Below are positions 24,926 to 35,020 of a stretch of 64,000 bases of DNA, piece by piece. The first letter of the stretch is position 1. Each line of letters starts with the position of its first letter. Source of the DNA: an uncultured candidate division Zixibacteria bacterium (GTDB taxonomy: Bacteria > Zixibacteria > MSB-5A5 > GN15 > FEB-12); contig CAVTJJ010000006.1 in assembly GCA_963735035.1 (NCBI GenBank), positions 160,001-224,000 of the forward strand, read 5' to 3'. A model generated the notes under the pieces. It worked only from the letters and a program-made list of their open reading frames with translations, was not told where the DNA came from and did no database searches. Position numbers and translations under genes: made by a program.

Positions 24926-26780
24926 CTAAATCACGTCGATAGCTTCGTGCTTGCACACGGCGTAACAGGCGCCGCACTTGGTGCAGACGTCCTGATTGAT
25001 GAAGTGCATTTCTTTCTTCTTGCCCGTGATGGCATTGTAAGCGCAGGCGGCGATACAGGCGATGCATCCGGTGCAATTTTCGTTGACTTCGTACTTAATG
25101 AGCGGCTTGCAGACGCCGGCCGGACACCGTTTCTCGCGAATATGGGTCAGATACTCGTCGCGGAAATACTTGATCGTGCTGAGGAACGGATTGGCCCCGG
25201 ACTGCCCCAGCCCGCACAGTGAACCGGTTACTATCGTCTCGGATAGCTTCTCGGCCTTCACGAGGTCTTCTTCAGTTCCGTTGCCTTCGGTAATCCGGGT
25301 CAAAATGCGGTGCAGTTGATACAGTCCTTCGCGGCAGGGGACGCACTTGCCGCAGGACTCGGACACGAGGAAATCCAGGAAGTACTTGGCGACATCGACC
25401 ATGCAGGTCCGGTCGTCCATGACGATCATGCCGCCGGAACCCATCATCGAACCGGCCTTGGTAAGGCTGTCGAAATCGACCGGCAGATCAAGCTTGGCTT
25501 CGGGCAGACAGCCACCCGACGGGCCGCCGGTCTGGACTGCCTTGAACGGACGATTGTCGATGATGCCACCGCCGATATCGAAGATGATCTCGCGGAGGGT
25601 CATGCCCATCGGCACTTCGATCAGGCCGGTGTTCTTCACCTTGCCGACCAGCGAAAACGCCTTGGTGCCGGTGCTTGTTGGGACGCCGATGCTCTTGAAC
25701 CAGTCGGCGCCTTTGGCGATGATGATCGGGACGTTGGCGAAGGTCTCGACATTGTTCAGCACGGTCGGTTGGTCGCGCAGTCCTTTGACCACCGAGCGGA
25801 TATACTTGGCGCGCGGTTCGCCGACTTCGCCGGCGACCGATTTCATCAGGGCCGAGGATTCGCCGCAGACAAACGCTCCGGCGCCCCGGGCGATCTTGAT
25901 GCGGAAAGAGAAATCGGTGCCGAGGATATTGTCACCCAGCAAGCCCTGTTCCTCGCAGTCGTCGATCGCCTTCTGCAGGTGAATGACCGCCAGCGGATAT
26001 TCCTCGCGAACGTAGATGTATCCCTGTTTGGCGCCGACCGCATACGCGCAGATCATCATGCCTTCGAGCACCGCGTGCGGGTCGCCTTCCATGATGGTGC
26101 GATCCATGAATGCGCCCGGGTCGCCTTCGTCGCCGTTGCAGATGACATAGCGCACGTCGGATTCGACATTTCGGCAGGTACGCCACTTCTTGCCGGCCAC
26201 AAACCCGGCGCCGCCGCGACCGCGCAGGCCGGACGATGTCACTTCGTCGATCACCTGATCCGGAGTCATGCTGGTCAGCACTTTGGCGAGAGCCTGATAG
26301 CCGCCGACGGCGATATACTCGCGAATATCATTGGCGGCGATTTTGCCAAGGTTACGGAGGGCGATGCGCTGCTGGTGCGAGAAGAAGGGGACGTCGGGAT
26401 ATCGTTCGATCTTGTCGCCGGTCACCGGATTGGTGTACAGCAGGGATTCGATCACCCGGTCATTTGCAAGCGTCTGTTCGATTATCTCGGCGACATCTTT
26501 CGGTTTGACGTGGGTATAGAACGTGCCGTGCGGTTCGATTACAACCAGCGGTCCCTGCTCGCAGAAGCCGTGGCAGCCGGTCTCTTTGACCGCTTCCACC
26601 GAGAAGTCTTTGATCTTCTTTTCTTTGAGGCGTGTTGTGAAACGCCTCGACAATTCCCGCCGCGCCGTTGGCCAGACAGCCGGTGCCGCAGCATACGATC
26701 ACCCGCTTGGTTTGTTTATCGCGGGCGGCGCTGCATTCCTTCTGCAATTTATCCAACTGCTGAGGTGAACTGATACTCAT
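24926..26780 (-). CDS. NuoF/HydB-like FMN/NADH subunit, broken by one extra base near 26640
   Basis: ORF 26460..26780 (CCGTGCLANG) joins ORF 24926..26653 (GCHGFCEQGP, SGLRGRGGAGF, NGDEGDPGAFMDR, GAFVCGE, GGPSGG, SCGKCVPCREG, C-terminal 2[4Fe-4S]) if one T of GCG TTT C is removed. Confidence 0.88.
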
Positions 26781-26786
26781 GTCTTG

Positions 26787-27239
26787 TTAGCCCTTCAACA
26801 GTTTCTTCACGCGGCTCGAATTGACCGAACCGTGGTATTTTTCATTGACGATCACTACCGGCGCCATGGCACAGGCGCCGAGGCAGGCTACGACTTCCAG
26901 CGTGAACTTCATATCCTCGGAAGTCTGTCCGGCCTTTATCTTCAGAAAACTCTCGAGTTGATCCTGAATCAGTTTGGCGCCGCGAATATGACAGGCGGTG
27001 CCCACACAGACGCGAACCACCGTCTCGCCCTTGGGATTCAGGCTAAAGGCGTTATAGAAAGTCGCGGCCGAGAAGACCCGGGAGAGAGGCACGTCCAAGG
27101 CTTCGGCGGCCTGAACGAGCGCTTCGCAGGGGAGAAACCGATATTCACGCTGGATTTCCTGCAGGACCATGATGAGCGATTCCGGCGAGCGCGGATGGCG
27201 ATCTATCAGTTCCGGCAGGCGCGAGAAGTCATGCCTCAT
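26787..27239 (-). CDS. NuoE/HydC-like [2Fe-2S] subunit
   Basis: ATFYNAF; CVGTACHIRGA; ACLGACAMAPV. Confidence 0.92.
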   Translation of the reverse strand: MRHDFSRLPELIDRHPRSPESLIMVLQEIQREYRFLPCEALVQAAEALDVPLSRVFSAATFYNAFSLNPKGETVVRVCVGTACHIRGAKLIQDQLESFLKIKAGQTSEDMKFTLEVVACLGACAMAPVVIVNEKYHGSVNSSRVKKLLKG

Positions 27240-27807
27240 ACTTTGGCCCCTTTCTTCGGCTTGTGCGCCGCCATGCCGAGATCGTAACCTTCCTTGAGCA
27301 CCTTGAAGTTAATCTCCAGCAGGTCCTTCTTCTTGCCCAGCTTTTCCTCCAACACCTTCTTGAGGTTGTCATATTGAACCAACCCGGTGACACCGACAAA
27401 CGCCCCCAGCATGGCAATGTTGGTGGCCTTGGCGCTGCCGGCCTTCAGGGCCATGTCATTCGCGGGTACGAGGACTTCGGTGATGTCGGTCCGGTCGGTG
27501 GTGACGTCGATCAACGACGAATTTACCACCAGCAATCCGCCCGGCTTGATGGTCGGGGTGAACTTATCGAACGACGGCCGATTGAAAACTACCGGCCGCC
27601 TGCGGGTTGCGGATGATCGGCGAACCGATGCGGACGTCTGACACTACCACGGTACAGTAGGCCGTGCCGCCCCGCATTTCGGGGCCATACGAGGGAATCC
27701 AGCAGACCTGCTTGCCTTCTTTGATACCGGTGTAGGAGAGAAGCATCCCGGCGACCATGATGCCCTGCCCGCCGAACCCGGCCCATAGAGACTTCATATT
27801 GCGGCAT
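27236..27807 (-). CDS. 2-oxoacid:ferredoxin oxidoreductase gamma subunit, with two +1 insertions (near 27785 and 27593)
   Basis: Fragments reconstruct [58 protein letters not shown]. Confidence 0.85.
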
Positions 27808-28578
27808 CACTTCACCCCCTGGTCGGGTGATTTGTACTGGCCGAGCGGATAATACTTCAGAAGATTTTCATCCAGCCATTTGGTGGAGTCAGTCGGGGTC
27901 ATGCCCCAGTTGGTCGGGCAGGTCGAAACTACTTCGACTATCGAGAAGCAGCGTCCCTGCAACCTGATATTCGAACGCCTTGCGAATCGCCTTCTTGGCT
28001 TTGATGATGTGCTGCGGCGTATGCACCGCAACTCGCTCGATGTAGAATGGCGTCACCAGGCCCGACAGGAATTCCGACATCTTGATCGGATAGCCGGTGA
28101 GGGAGACGTCGCGTCCCATCGGACTGGTCGATGTCACCTGGCCTTCCAGAGTTGTCGGAGCCATCTGACCGCCGGTCATGCCGTAGATGGCGTTATTGAC
28201 GAATATGGTTGTGAACTTCTCGTTCCGATTGGCGGCGTGGACAATTTCACCCATGCCTATTGACGCCAGATCACCGTCACCCTGGTAGGTGAAAACAATC
28301 ATGTCGGGCCGTGCTCTTTTGAAGCCGGTAGCCAGCGCTGGGGCGCGACCGTGCGGTGCTTCGAGAAAGTCGCAGTTGAAGTAATTGTAGCAGAGCACCG
28401 AGCAGCCCACCGGGGCCACGCCCACGGTGCGTTCGCGCACTCCGAGATCGTCAAGCGCTTCCGCCACCAGACGATGAATCACACCGTGCGTGCAGCCGGG
28501 GCAATAGTGGGTGACAGTTTCGCGAAGGGCGGTCGGTCGAGAGAAAATCGTGGTTTCTGTCTGGGGCATTCCGCTCAC
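27807..28578 (-). CDS. 2-oxoacid:ferredoxin oxidoreductase beta (TPP) subunit, +1 insertion near 27963
   Basis: YCPGCTHG, PVGCS, HGRA, YQGDGD..NNAIYGMTGGQMAPTT; C-terminus FSIVEVVSTCPTNWG lies in the adjacent frame. Confidence 0.88.
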
Positions 28579-29672
28579 CCTTTCTTCCGGCGCGGTTTAT
28601 CAGCCGCGTCATTCTTGATCATAATCTTGATCTGTTCCTTGACTTCGTCAGGAGTGGGGACAATTCCGCCGGTGCGACCGAAGAATTTGATCGGTTTGGC
28701 GCCGCACACGATGCGCTCGATGTCTTCAAGCATCTGTCCCATGCTCATCTCAACTGTTAGGATCGATTCGATGTTCGCTTTGTTGGCTTCGTTCTTGAGC
28801 GCCTCTTCGGGATACGGGAAGACCGTAATCGGTCGGAAGAGCCCAACTGAAATTCCCTCGGTTTCGAGTTCGTCGATAACCGTCTGGCAGATGCGGGCCA
28901 TAGTTCCGTAGGAAACGATCAGAATCCGGTTCTTCGAATTGACCTTGTACAACTCGAAGCGGGGCTCGTCCTTCTTCATCTGCTGGTACTTTTTGTCGAG
29001 GACGATCGAGTTGTCTTCCAGCACGTACGGATCAAGGTGAAGCGACTTGATGATCCGAGGAGCACGTCCCTTGGCTCCGGTGGCCGCCCAGTCTTTCGGA
29101 GGTAGTTCGGGCTCTTCGTACTTCTCCGGAAATTCGACCGGTTCCATCATCTGGCCGATCATGCCGTCGCCGATTATCATCACCGGGTTGCGATACTTGT
29201 CGGCGAGATGGAACGCCAGCATCGTAAGGTCGACTGCTTCTTGTACTGACGACGGCGCCAGGACGAGGACGCGGTAATCACCGTGGCCGCCTCCCTTGGT
29301 GGCCTGGAAATAGTCCGACTGAGCTGGCAGAATGCCACCCAGTCCCGGACCGCCGCGCATGATGTTCAGGATCACGCAGGGCAACTGGGCTCCGGCCATG
29401 TAGGAGATCGCTTCCTGCATCAGGCTGATGCCCGGCGACGAGGACGACGTGAACACACGGCGCCCCGACGACGACGCGCCGAATATCATATTGCCGACCG
29501 CCACTTCACTCTCAGCCTGGAGAAACACGCCGTTCACCTGGGGCATGCGTTTGGCCATGTACTCGGCGACTTCGGTCTGCGGTGTGATAGGATAGCAGAA
29601 GTAGATCAGCGAGCCGGCCCGGATGGCCGCCTCGGCAATCGCTTCGTTACCTTTCATCAGTATTCTTGCCAC
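28575..29672 (-). CDS. 2-oxoacid:ferredoxin oxidoreductase alpha subunit (VorB-like)
   Basis: GTG start; LMKGNEAIAEAA; YPITPQTE; QAESE; SSSPGISLMQE; RGGPGLG. Confidence 0.9.
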   Translation of the reverse strand: MARILMKGNEAIAEAAIRAGSLIYFCYPITPQTEVAEYMAKRMPQVNGVFLQAESEVAVGNMIFGASSSGRRVFTSSSSPGISLMQEAISYMAGAQLPCVILNIMRGGPGLGGILPAQSDYFQATKGGGHGDYRVLVLAPSSVQEAVDLTMLAFHLADKYRNPVMIIGDGMIGQMMEPVEFPEKYEEPELPPKDWAATGAKGRAPRIIKSLHLDPYVLEDNSIVLDKKYQQMKKDEPRFELYKVNSKNRILIVSYGTMARICQTVIDELETEGISVGLFRPITVFPYPEEALKNEANKANIESILTVEMSMGQMLEDIERIVCGAKPIKFFGRTGGIVPTPDEVKEQIKIMIKNDAADKPRRKKG

Positions 29673-29703
29673 TCGAACAATCCTTCCACAGGTCCCGGCG
29701 GGA

Positions 29704-29937
29704 CTAGTATTCAAACAGTACAAATTGGGTGCCGTGGGTGTCCACGCTAATGGCCACGTCCGGACAAACCACCGCACAAATGCGGCAACCGATGCAGCGC
29801 GACGGATCATGCATGCGGGCGTAGAAGTACCCTCTCACGGTGATGTCCTTCGACATCGAGAGAATCTTCTGCGGACAGGCCTGAACGCACAGCTCACACC
29901 CTTTGCAATGGTTCTTGTCTATGGTAACACGAGGCAT
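29704..29937 (-). CDS. 2[4Fe-4S] ferredoxin-like delta subunit of the oxidoreductase
   Basis: CKGCELCVQACP and CIGCRICAVVCP; RBS AAGGAAGG. Confidence 0.9.
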   Translation of the reverse strand: MPRVTIDKNHCKGCELCVQACPQKILSMSKDITVRGYFYARMHDPSRCIGCRICAVVCPDVAISVDTHGTQFVLFEY

Positions 29938-29954
29938 AATACCTTCCTTAAGTC

Positions 29955-30683
29955 TCAACTAATCTCGGCCGACGCGCTTCGTTCCCACGGTTTGAGCAAC
30001 GAGCGGTCGAGGGCCAGCACCGGGTATGGAACCTTCCGGCGTTCGAGCTGGCGCGCGATATTCTCAATCACACTGACGAAACAAATGGGCAAACCGGTTT
30101 CGTTGCTGACCTGCCGGGCGAGGTCGATACCGTGATAGACCTCGGCCACGGTGGTTTGTTCTATCAAATGCGAATTCGAAATGAGGCCGGTGAATTTGAG
30201 TTTGCCGGAGCTCTCGATTTCTTCCATCATCTTCAAAGCGCCCGCTACATCGGCGGTGAACGGCCGGTAGGCGTTCAGAGTCAGCAGCATATCGTACTGA
30301 CCGGGAGTGAAAGCGTCGGCCAGTGAACTCAGGACGCGCGCGCCAGTGTCGTCGCCGCCGACGTCGAGGATCAGCTTTCCCTCGGCCCGTTGAATAGCCG
30401 TCTTGATTTCCGGGACGATTATGGGCAGATCGGCCATCGCGTACGCTCCGGCCGGGATCAACGATTTGATGCCGTGACTCGCCAGCGTGGCGGCTGCCTC
30501 GCGGCTCCGAAAATACGGGTTAACGATATCGAGATCGGCTATCACTACGGGGTCGGTTCCGGTCCGGGCGAGAAGGCGGGCCAGATTGACCGAGACCTCG
30601 GACTTGCCGCTGCCAAACCCACCGACAATGACAATGACATTCTGCGAGAATTTGGGGGCTGGGAATTCGGCCAAGTCAGTCAT
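29955..30683 (-). CDS. P-loop NTPase of the type that often precedes VOR/KOR operons
   Basis: GGFGSGKSE Walker A; DLDIVNPYFRSRE; DVGGDDTGAR. Confidence 0.75.
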   Translation of the reverse strand: MTDLAEFPAPKFSQNVIVIVGGFGSGKSEVSVNLARLLARTGTDPVVIADLDIVNPYFRSREAAATLASHGIKSLIPAGAYAMADLPIIVPEIKTAIQRAEGKLILDVGGDDTGARVLSSLADAFTPGQYDMLLTLNAYRPFTADVAGALKMMEEIESSGKLKFTGLISNSHLIEQTTVAEVYHGIDLARQVSNETGLPICFVSVIENIARQLERRKVPYPVLALDRSLLKPWERSASAEIS

Positions 30684-30768
30684 CTAAGCTTAACGCTCGC
30701 TTTCAAATACCGGACTCAACGAGTCGGGCTGCAGCCTCGCGCTGACAGTCCCACACAAGGAGCGAGAT

Positions 30769-30822
30769 AATATAATCGCTACCGACAGTCAAGGTCAAGG
30801 AGCTTTGTGAAAAGAGTAACAA
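30769..30822 (-). promoter_or_regulatory. sigma70 promoter of the oxidoreductase operon with an adjacent Rex-like operator
   Basis: Minus strand TTGACC-N18-TATATT (30769-30798); TTGTGAA-AAGA-GTAACAA at 30805-30822. Confidence 0.45.
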
Positions 30823-31033
30823 GTTTGCTATTCGTCCGGTCAAAAATTCGTCAACCTATCTGCTTATCTTATACGAAGTTGTGATAGCCAACCATAAGAG
30901 TTTTCTATTTCATGAATTTGGGTATCGCTGATTTTTCTTGCGGCTTGCCGCCACTGCGGGCAGATTGGCGGTTTGGAGCGCCTTGGCGGTCATCGCAAAT
31001 GGCCGGATTGAAGCCTCTACCAAAGGAAAGACT

Positions 31034-31813
31034 ATGGCTGAGACCAATTGGAAAACCGGCATTACTGACATCGGCCCTAACCGAATTCGGGTCCGGGGCT
31101 ATGATATCGCCGAGATAATGGGCAGGCTCTCGTACGCCGAGACGGTGTTCCTCCTGCTCAAAGGAGAGCTGCCCGGCAAAGCTGAAGCCGAGTTGATGAA
31201 CGCTATCCTGGTGTCATCGATCGACCACGGCGCGTCGCCGCCCTCGGCCCTCGGCACTCGGGCGGTGGTCTCAGGCGGGAACAGTCTGAATGCTGCCATC
31301 GCCGGCGGAATACTGGTGATCGGCGACTGGCACGGTGGAGCGATTGAACAGGCTGCGAAGATCATGCAGCAGTGGGCCGCGAAGGTCAATGATTCGGGCG
31401 ACAACGCTATGCAGGTTGCGACTGAATTGTCGGCCTGGCTCAAGGAGAAGAAGATCCGTATGCCGGGGTTCGGGCACCGAATCCATACGGCCGATCCGCG
31501 CACCCCGAAGTTGTTCGAGATTGCCACCCGCCACGGCTACAACGGCAAACATATCAGACTGTGCCAGGCGCTCGAAAAAGTGCTGGCCGAACAACTTGGC
31601 AAGAAACTTCCGATTAATGTCGATGGCGCCATCGCGGCGGTCATTTCGGACATGGGGTTTGACTGGCGGCTGGGGAAGGCGTTCTTTATCATCAGCCGCG
31701 TTCCCGGTCTGGTGGCTCATGCTTATGAAGAGATGACCCGCGAAAAGCCGGTGCGCAAGCTCGGCCCGATGCCGTATGAATACGACGGCCCGCCGGATAG
31801 GAAGATCGACTAG
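31034..31813 (+). CDS. Citryl-CoA lyase (citrate synthase-like family)
   Basis: WKTGIT..IRVRGY; SIDHG..PPS; HGGAIE; MPGFGHRIH..DPR; PINVDGA; RBS AAGGA. Confidence 0.85.
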   Translation: MAETNWKTGITDIGPNRIRVRGYDIAEIMGRLSYAETVFLLLKGELPGKAEAELMNAILVSSIDHGASPPSALGTRAVVSGGNSLNAAIAGGILVIGDWHGGAIEQAAKIMQQWAAKVNDSGDNAMQVATELSAWLKEKKIRMPGFGHRIHTADPRTPKLFEIATRHGYNGKHIRLCQALEKVLAEQLGKKLPINVDGAIAAVISDMGFDWRLGKAFFIISRVPGLVAHAYEEMTREKPVRKLGPMPYEYDGPPDRKID

Positions 31814-31826
31814 ACACAGAGGGCGC

Positions 31827-32996
31827 ATGGACATCATCAAAGAGAAGATACAACAGGTTCCCTCACTCCTAAACGAACTCGATCTCGATCTGTGGATAGT
31901 CGCGGTGCGCGAAACTCCGGTGATGTGTGATCCAATCATCCCTCTGATCAGCGGCCTCGAAGCTACCTGGCAGTCGTTCTTCGCGTACACGCGCGACGGC
32001 CGAGCGTTTGCCCTGATCGGAAATTTCGACCGCGCCGATTATGAACGTTCGGGGAATTTCACCGAAGTCCGCAGCTATACCGCCGGTGTGAAAGAGGATC
32101 TTCGGGCGCTCTTAACCGAATTGAACCCTAAGCGGATCGCTGTCAACTATTCCAAAGATGATCCGTCCGCCGACGGCCTTACGCACGGCATGTACCTGTT
32201 GCTGTGTGATTATCTGTCCGGCACGTTTTTCGCGGATCGCCTTGTTTCGGCTGAGATGCTTTGCAGTCGTCTGCGCGCCCGTAAGACGCCTACTGAGATT
32301 GCGCGTCTTACTATAGCGGCCGAAACCGCCGAACAGGCCTGGCAGAGGGCGAAGCTGCGCATCAAAGCGAGCATGACGGAGATTGAGATTGCCGAAGCAA
32401 TTGATCGTGAACTCTACGCCGCCGGCGCGAAACCGTCGTTTGAGACAATTGTCAACGCCGGGAGCAAGACCGATCCGGGTCACGGACATCCGACCGACGC
32501 GCGTCTCGAACCGGGTGATCTGATGCATGTCGACTTTGGCGCCCTCGAGGACGGTTACTGTTCCGATCTCCAGCGCTTACTATATGTTCGCCGCAAGGGC
32601 GAAGCCGCTGTGCCGGATGAACTCAGAGATGCCTTCGAAATTGTCAGCGATATCATCACCGCGACTTCCGAACAGTGTCGACCCGGCCGGAAGGGATTTG
32701 AGATAGATCAGATCGCCCGCGATGCCCTGGTCGACCATGGATATCCTGTTTATCAGCATGCCCTCGGCCATCAACTGGGTCGGTCGGTACACGACGGTGG
32801 TGGGTTGCTCGGACCCAATTGGGAACGGTACGGCAAGACGCCGTCGATCCTTATCGACGTCGGCAATGTTTTCACCCTTGAACTCGAAATCATGCTCCCC
32901 GGTATCGGCTGTGTGGGGCTCGAAGAAGATGTAGTCATAGGCGAACAGGGTGGCTGTTTCCTATGTCCGAGACAGATGACCCTGGATGTATTATGA
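31827..32996 (+). CDS. Xaa-Pro aminopeptidase (M24 family)
   Basis: HVDFG..GYCSDLQR; HALGHQLGRSVHD; FTLE; GLEEDV. Confidence 0.9.
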   Translation: MDIIKEKIQQVPSLLNELDLDLWIVAVRETPVMCDPIIPLISGLEATWQSFFAYTRDGRAFALIGNFDRADYERSGNFTEVRSYTAGVKEDLRALLTELNPKRIAVNYSKDDPSADGLTHGMYLLLCDYLSGTFFADRLVSAEMLCSRLRARKTPTEIARLTIAAETAEQAWQRAKLRIKASMTEIEIAEAIDRELYAAGAKPSFETIVNAGSKTDPGHGHPTDARLEPGDLMHVDFGALEDGYCSDLQRLLYVRRKGEAAVPDELRDAFEIVSDIITATSEQCRPGRKGFEIDQIARDALVDHGYPVYQHALGHQLGRSVHDGGGLLGPNWERYGKTPSILIDVGNVFTLELEIMLPGIGCVGLEEDVVIGEQGGCFLCPRQMTLDVL

Positions 32997-33847
32997 AGAG
33001 AATTATCATTATATCCCTGACTGCAGTCGTACTGTCAGGTTGTGCCCCCAGGCCGGTGGTAGTTGAAAAGCCGGTGGTAGCTGAAACACCGACTGCCGCG
33101 AAAGATAGTGTCGTTGATTTATCGATAGAGTCGAATCACGAAAAGCTGAATCTTTCCTGGCGCAAGGTCGGGCAGGGGCTGATCTCCGGGTACAATATCT
33201 ATATAAGTGAACGGCCGCTGGCGGCGTTGTTCCCCGGGGGCAAGATTGATCCATCGATCGCGGCTTATAACACGAATCCCTTTCCGGGCGATACGATTCC
33301 CGAAGACGGTGTCGAACATTTCATGGCCGACAGGCTCGCCAACGGAGTGCGCTACTACGTGACGGTTCGCATCGTCTATCCCGACGGCACGGTGTCGGGA
33401 CCGTCGAATGAAGTTACCGCGGTCTGTGGAGGGCGGGGTGAGTTCGAATTGGCCCTGCGCCGGTCGGGCGGCAAGGACGGTTTTTCGTTCTCGGACAACA
33501 AATACGTCGCGTGTGATGACAAGATAAGCGATCTCTATTACTTCTCGAAAGACGGTCTTGACTATCTCGCCTCGCCGAATCGCCTTGATGCATTCGCCCG
33601 GCAGACCCGGTTCGTGGTCCTCCCGTGGAAAGGTCGATATCACGAGATCGTTGCCCGACTCTCAGACAACGTTCCTGTGCCCTCTCTCGAAAAGGTTACG
33701 GTCGCCGAAGGCGATTGGGTCCTGGCCGAATGCGCCGGCAAGACGCATGCTCTTATCAGTGTGAAAGCGTTGAAGGGGACACCGCCGGGGCGGTTGATGA
33801 CGATCTCGTACGTTTACTCCAGCTTGTCGGGCGAACTGGTTTTCTGA
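32993..33847 (+). CDS. Lipoprotein with FN3-like domain
   Basis: MKRIIIISLTAVVLSGC lipobox; LNLSW..ISGYNIY..LANGVRYYVTV..SGPSNEV. Confidence 0.7.
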   Translation: MKRIIIISLTAVVLSGCAPRPVVVEKPVVAETPTAAKDSVVDLSIESNHEKLNLSWRKVGQGLISGYNIYISERPLAALFPGGKIDPSIAAYNTNPFPGDTIPEDGVEHFMADRLANGVRYYVTVRIVYPDGTVSGPSNEVTAVCGGRGEFELALRRSGGKDGFSFSDNKYVACDDKISDLYYFSKDGLDYLASPNRLDAFARQTRFVVLPWKGRYHEIVARLSDNVPVPSLEKVTVAEGDWVLAECAGKTHALISVKALKGTPPGRLMTISYVYSSLSGELVF

Positions 33848-33851
33848 TTAC

Positions 33852-34790
33852 CTATCGAACGACATCGGTGCATTGTTTCAACGGGAAGAAGTCTATATAG
33901 AGAAAACCGATCAGGCGATATGCGTCACCTATCGTTATGTCCATTTCGGTCGGGTGCAATCCACCGGATTGGTTCAAATCGGCTTCGGCCAGGCACTCCA
34001 GCGGTGTGCCATCTATGAAGATATGATCGACGAGAAGAGCGAGGTCGCCGATTGTCGGGGTATCGCCATCGATGCCGTTGATGTCGCCGACAAGCCCCTG
34101 GCAGCAGGAGCCGACGTCCACGTATAGCGCCTCTGAAGCCGGAGAATAGTTCCCCGGTGACGATTCGGATACCACAATGTACCAATAGGTGTTCAGTGAA
34201 TCGACCGAATTATCAACATAATAGGGGACGGTAACGCCGCGATTGTTCCGATTACCGGCTGGATCATCAATGCGGAAAAACGAACCATCTGACGCCCCTT
34301 CGCGGCGATATACGTGCCAGGTTGTTCCAGCGCTCTGCGTCCAGTCGAGGCGGATCGTGCGCTTATCTATCCGGGTGGAGGACAGGTTCGATACGGCCGG
34401 GGGGAAAGTGCCGGAAGAGAGAGTTATGTCTTCCTGCTGAAAAGAATTCGCCGGGATAGTATCGTGAAGCAGTGCGCTTTCGGCCAAAGCTGTGTCGAAA
34501 AAGTAATAACTATAGGCCGCTCCCCGTGCTTCGGTCAGATAGTTCTGAAAATCGTCGAACCAGTTGCCGGCGTCATAACCGGCTCCAATGCAGGATTGAA
34601 TTCTTATCTCACGGTCATTATTGTTGATGATTCCAATGAACTGAATAGCGCCGTTGGGAGGAGTCGACAGGTCTGAGGCCTTGACCGTTCCGAAAATGGA
34701 ACCCTGCGCTTTCACCATTACCGGCAATAGCGTCGACCCGGCTAGCGCCAGGACAATAATCAGGGTCGATTTGCAATATCTTAATTTCAT
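33852..34790 (-). CDS. Secreted FN3-like protein with C-terminal dockerin-like module
   Basis: Signal peptide ..VKA; IRLDW..WHVYR..YYVD..YWYIV; C-terminal CCQGLVGDING..TIGDLALLVDHIF..C..EADLN..ITIGD. Confidence 0.7.
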   Translation of the reverse strand: MKLRYCKSTLIIVLALAGSTLLPVMVKAQGSIFGTVKASDLSTPPNGAIQFIGIINNNDREIRIQSCIGAGYDAGNWFDDFQNYLTEARGAAYSYYFFDTALAESALLHDTIPANSFQQEDITLSSGTFPPAVSNLSSTRIDKRTIRLDWTQSAGTTWHVYRREGASDGSFFRIDDPAGNRNNRGVTVPYYVDNSVDSLNTYWYIVVSESSPGNYSPASEALYVDVGSCCQGLVGDINGIDGDTPTIGDLALLVDHIFIDGTPLECLAEADLNQSGGLHPTEMDITIGDAYRLIGFLYIDFFPLKQCTDVVR

Positions 34791-35020
34791 AAGCCTCGAT
34801 CCGGGCAAACGCTACCGGGTCAGTCAGATTTTCGGCTAATTAGCGAGTCTTCGTAAGCATCGCGTCCAAACAGGTTCACTGCTCTAATATAGGTTTAACA
34901 GCCAAATAATGCTCGTGAGTTCGTCGTCCCACTGTAAGATGTTATACGACTGTATCTTACGGACTCAGAATGCTGGGAACCCAAAGATGAGAGTCCCTTG
35001 AGCAGAAATGGGGACTTGGC

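Noticed and set aside
25310..26773. 487-aa plus-strand ORF (and similar long ORFs at 52162..53151, 42542..43384, 1758..2486, 46982..47716)
   Set aside because: Antisense shadows of well-supported genes in GC-rich DNA; no motifs or RBS.
26630..27970. Programmed ribosomal frameshifting in the oxidoreductase genes
   Set aside because: No slippery heptamers or stimulatory structures; several independent +1 insertions are better explained by sequencing error.
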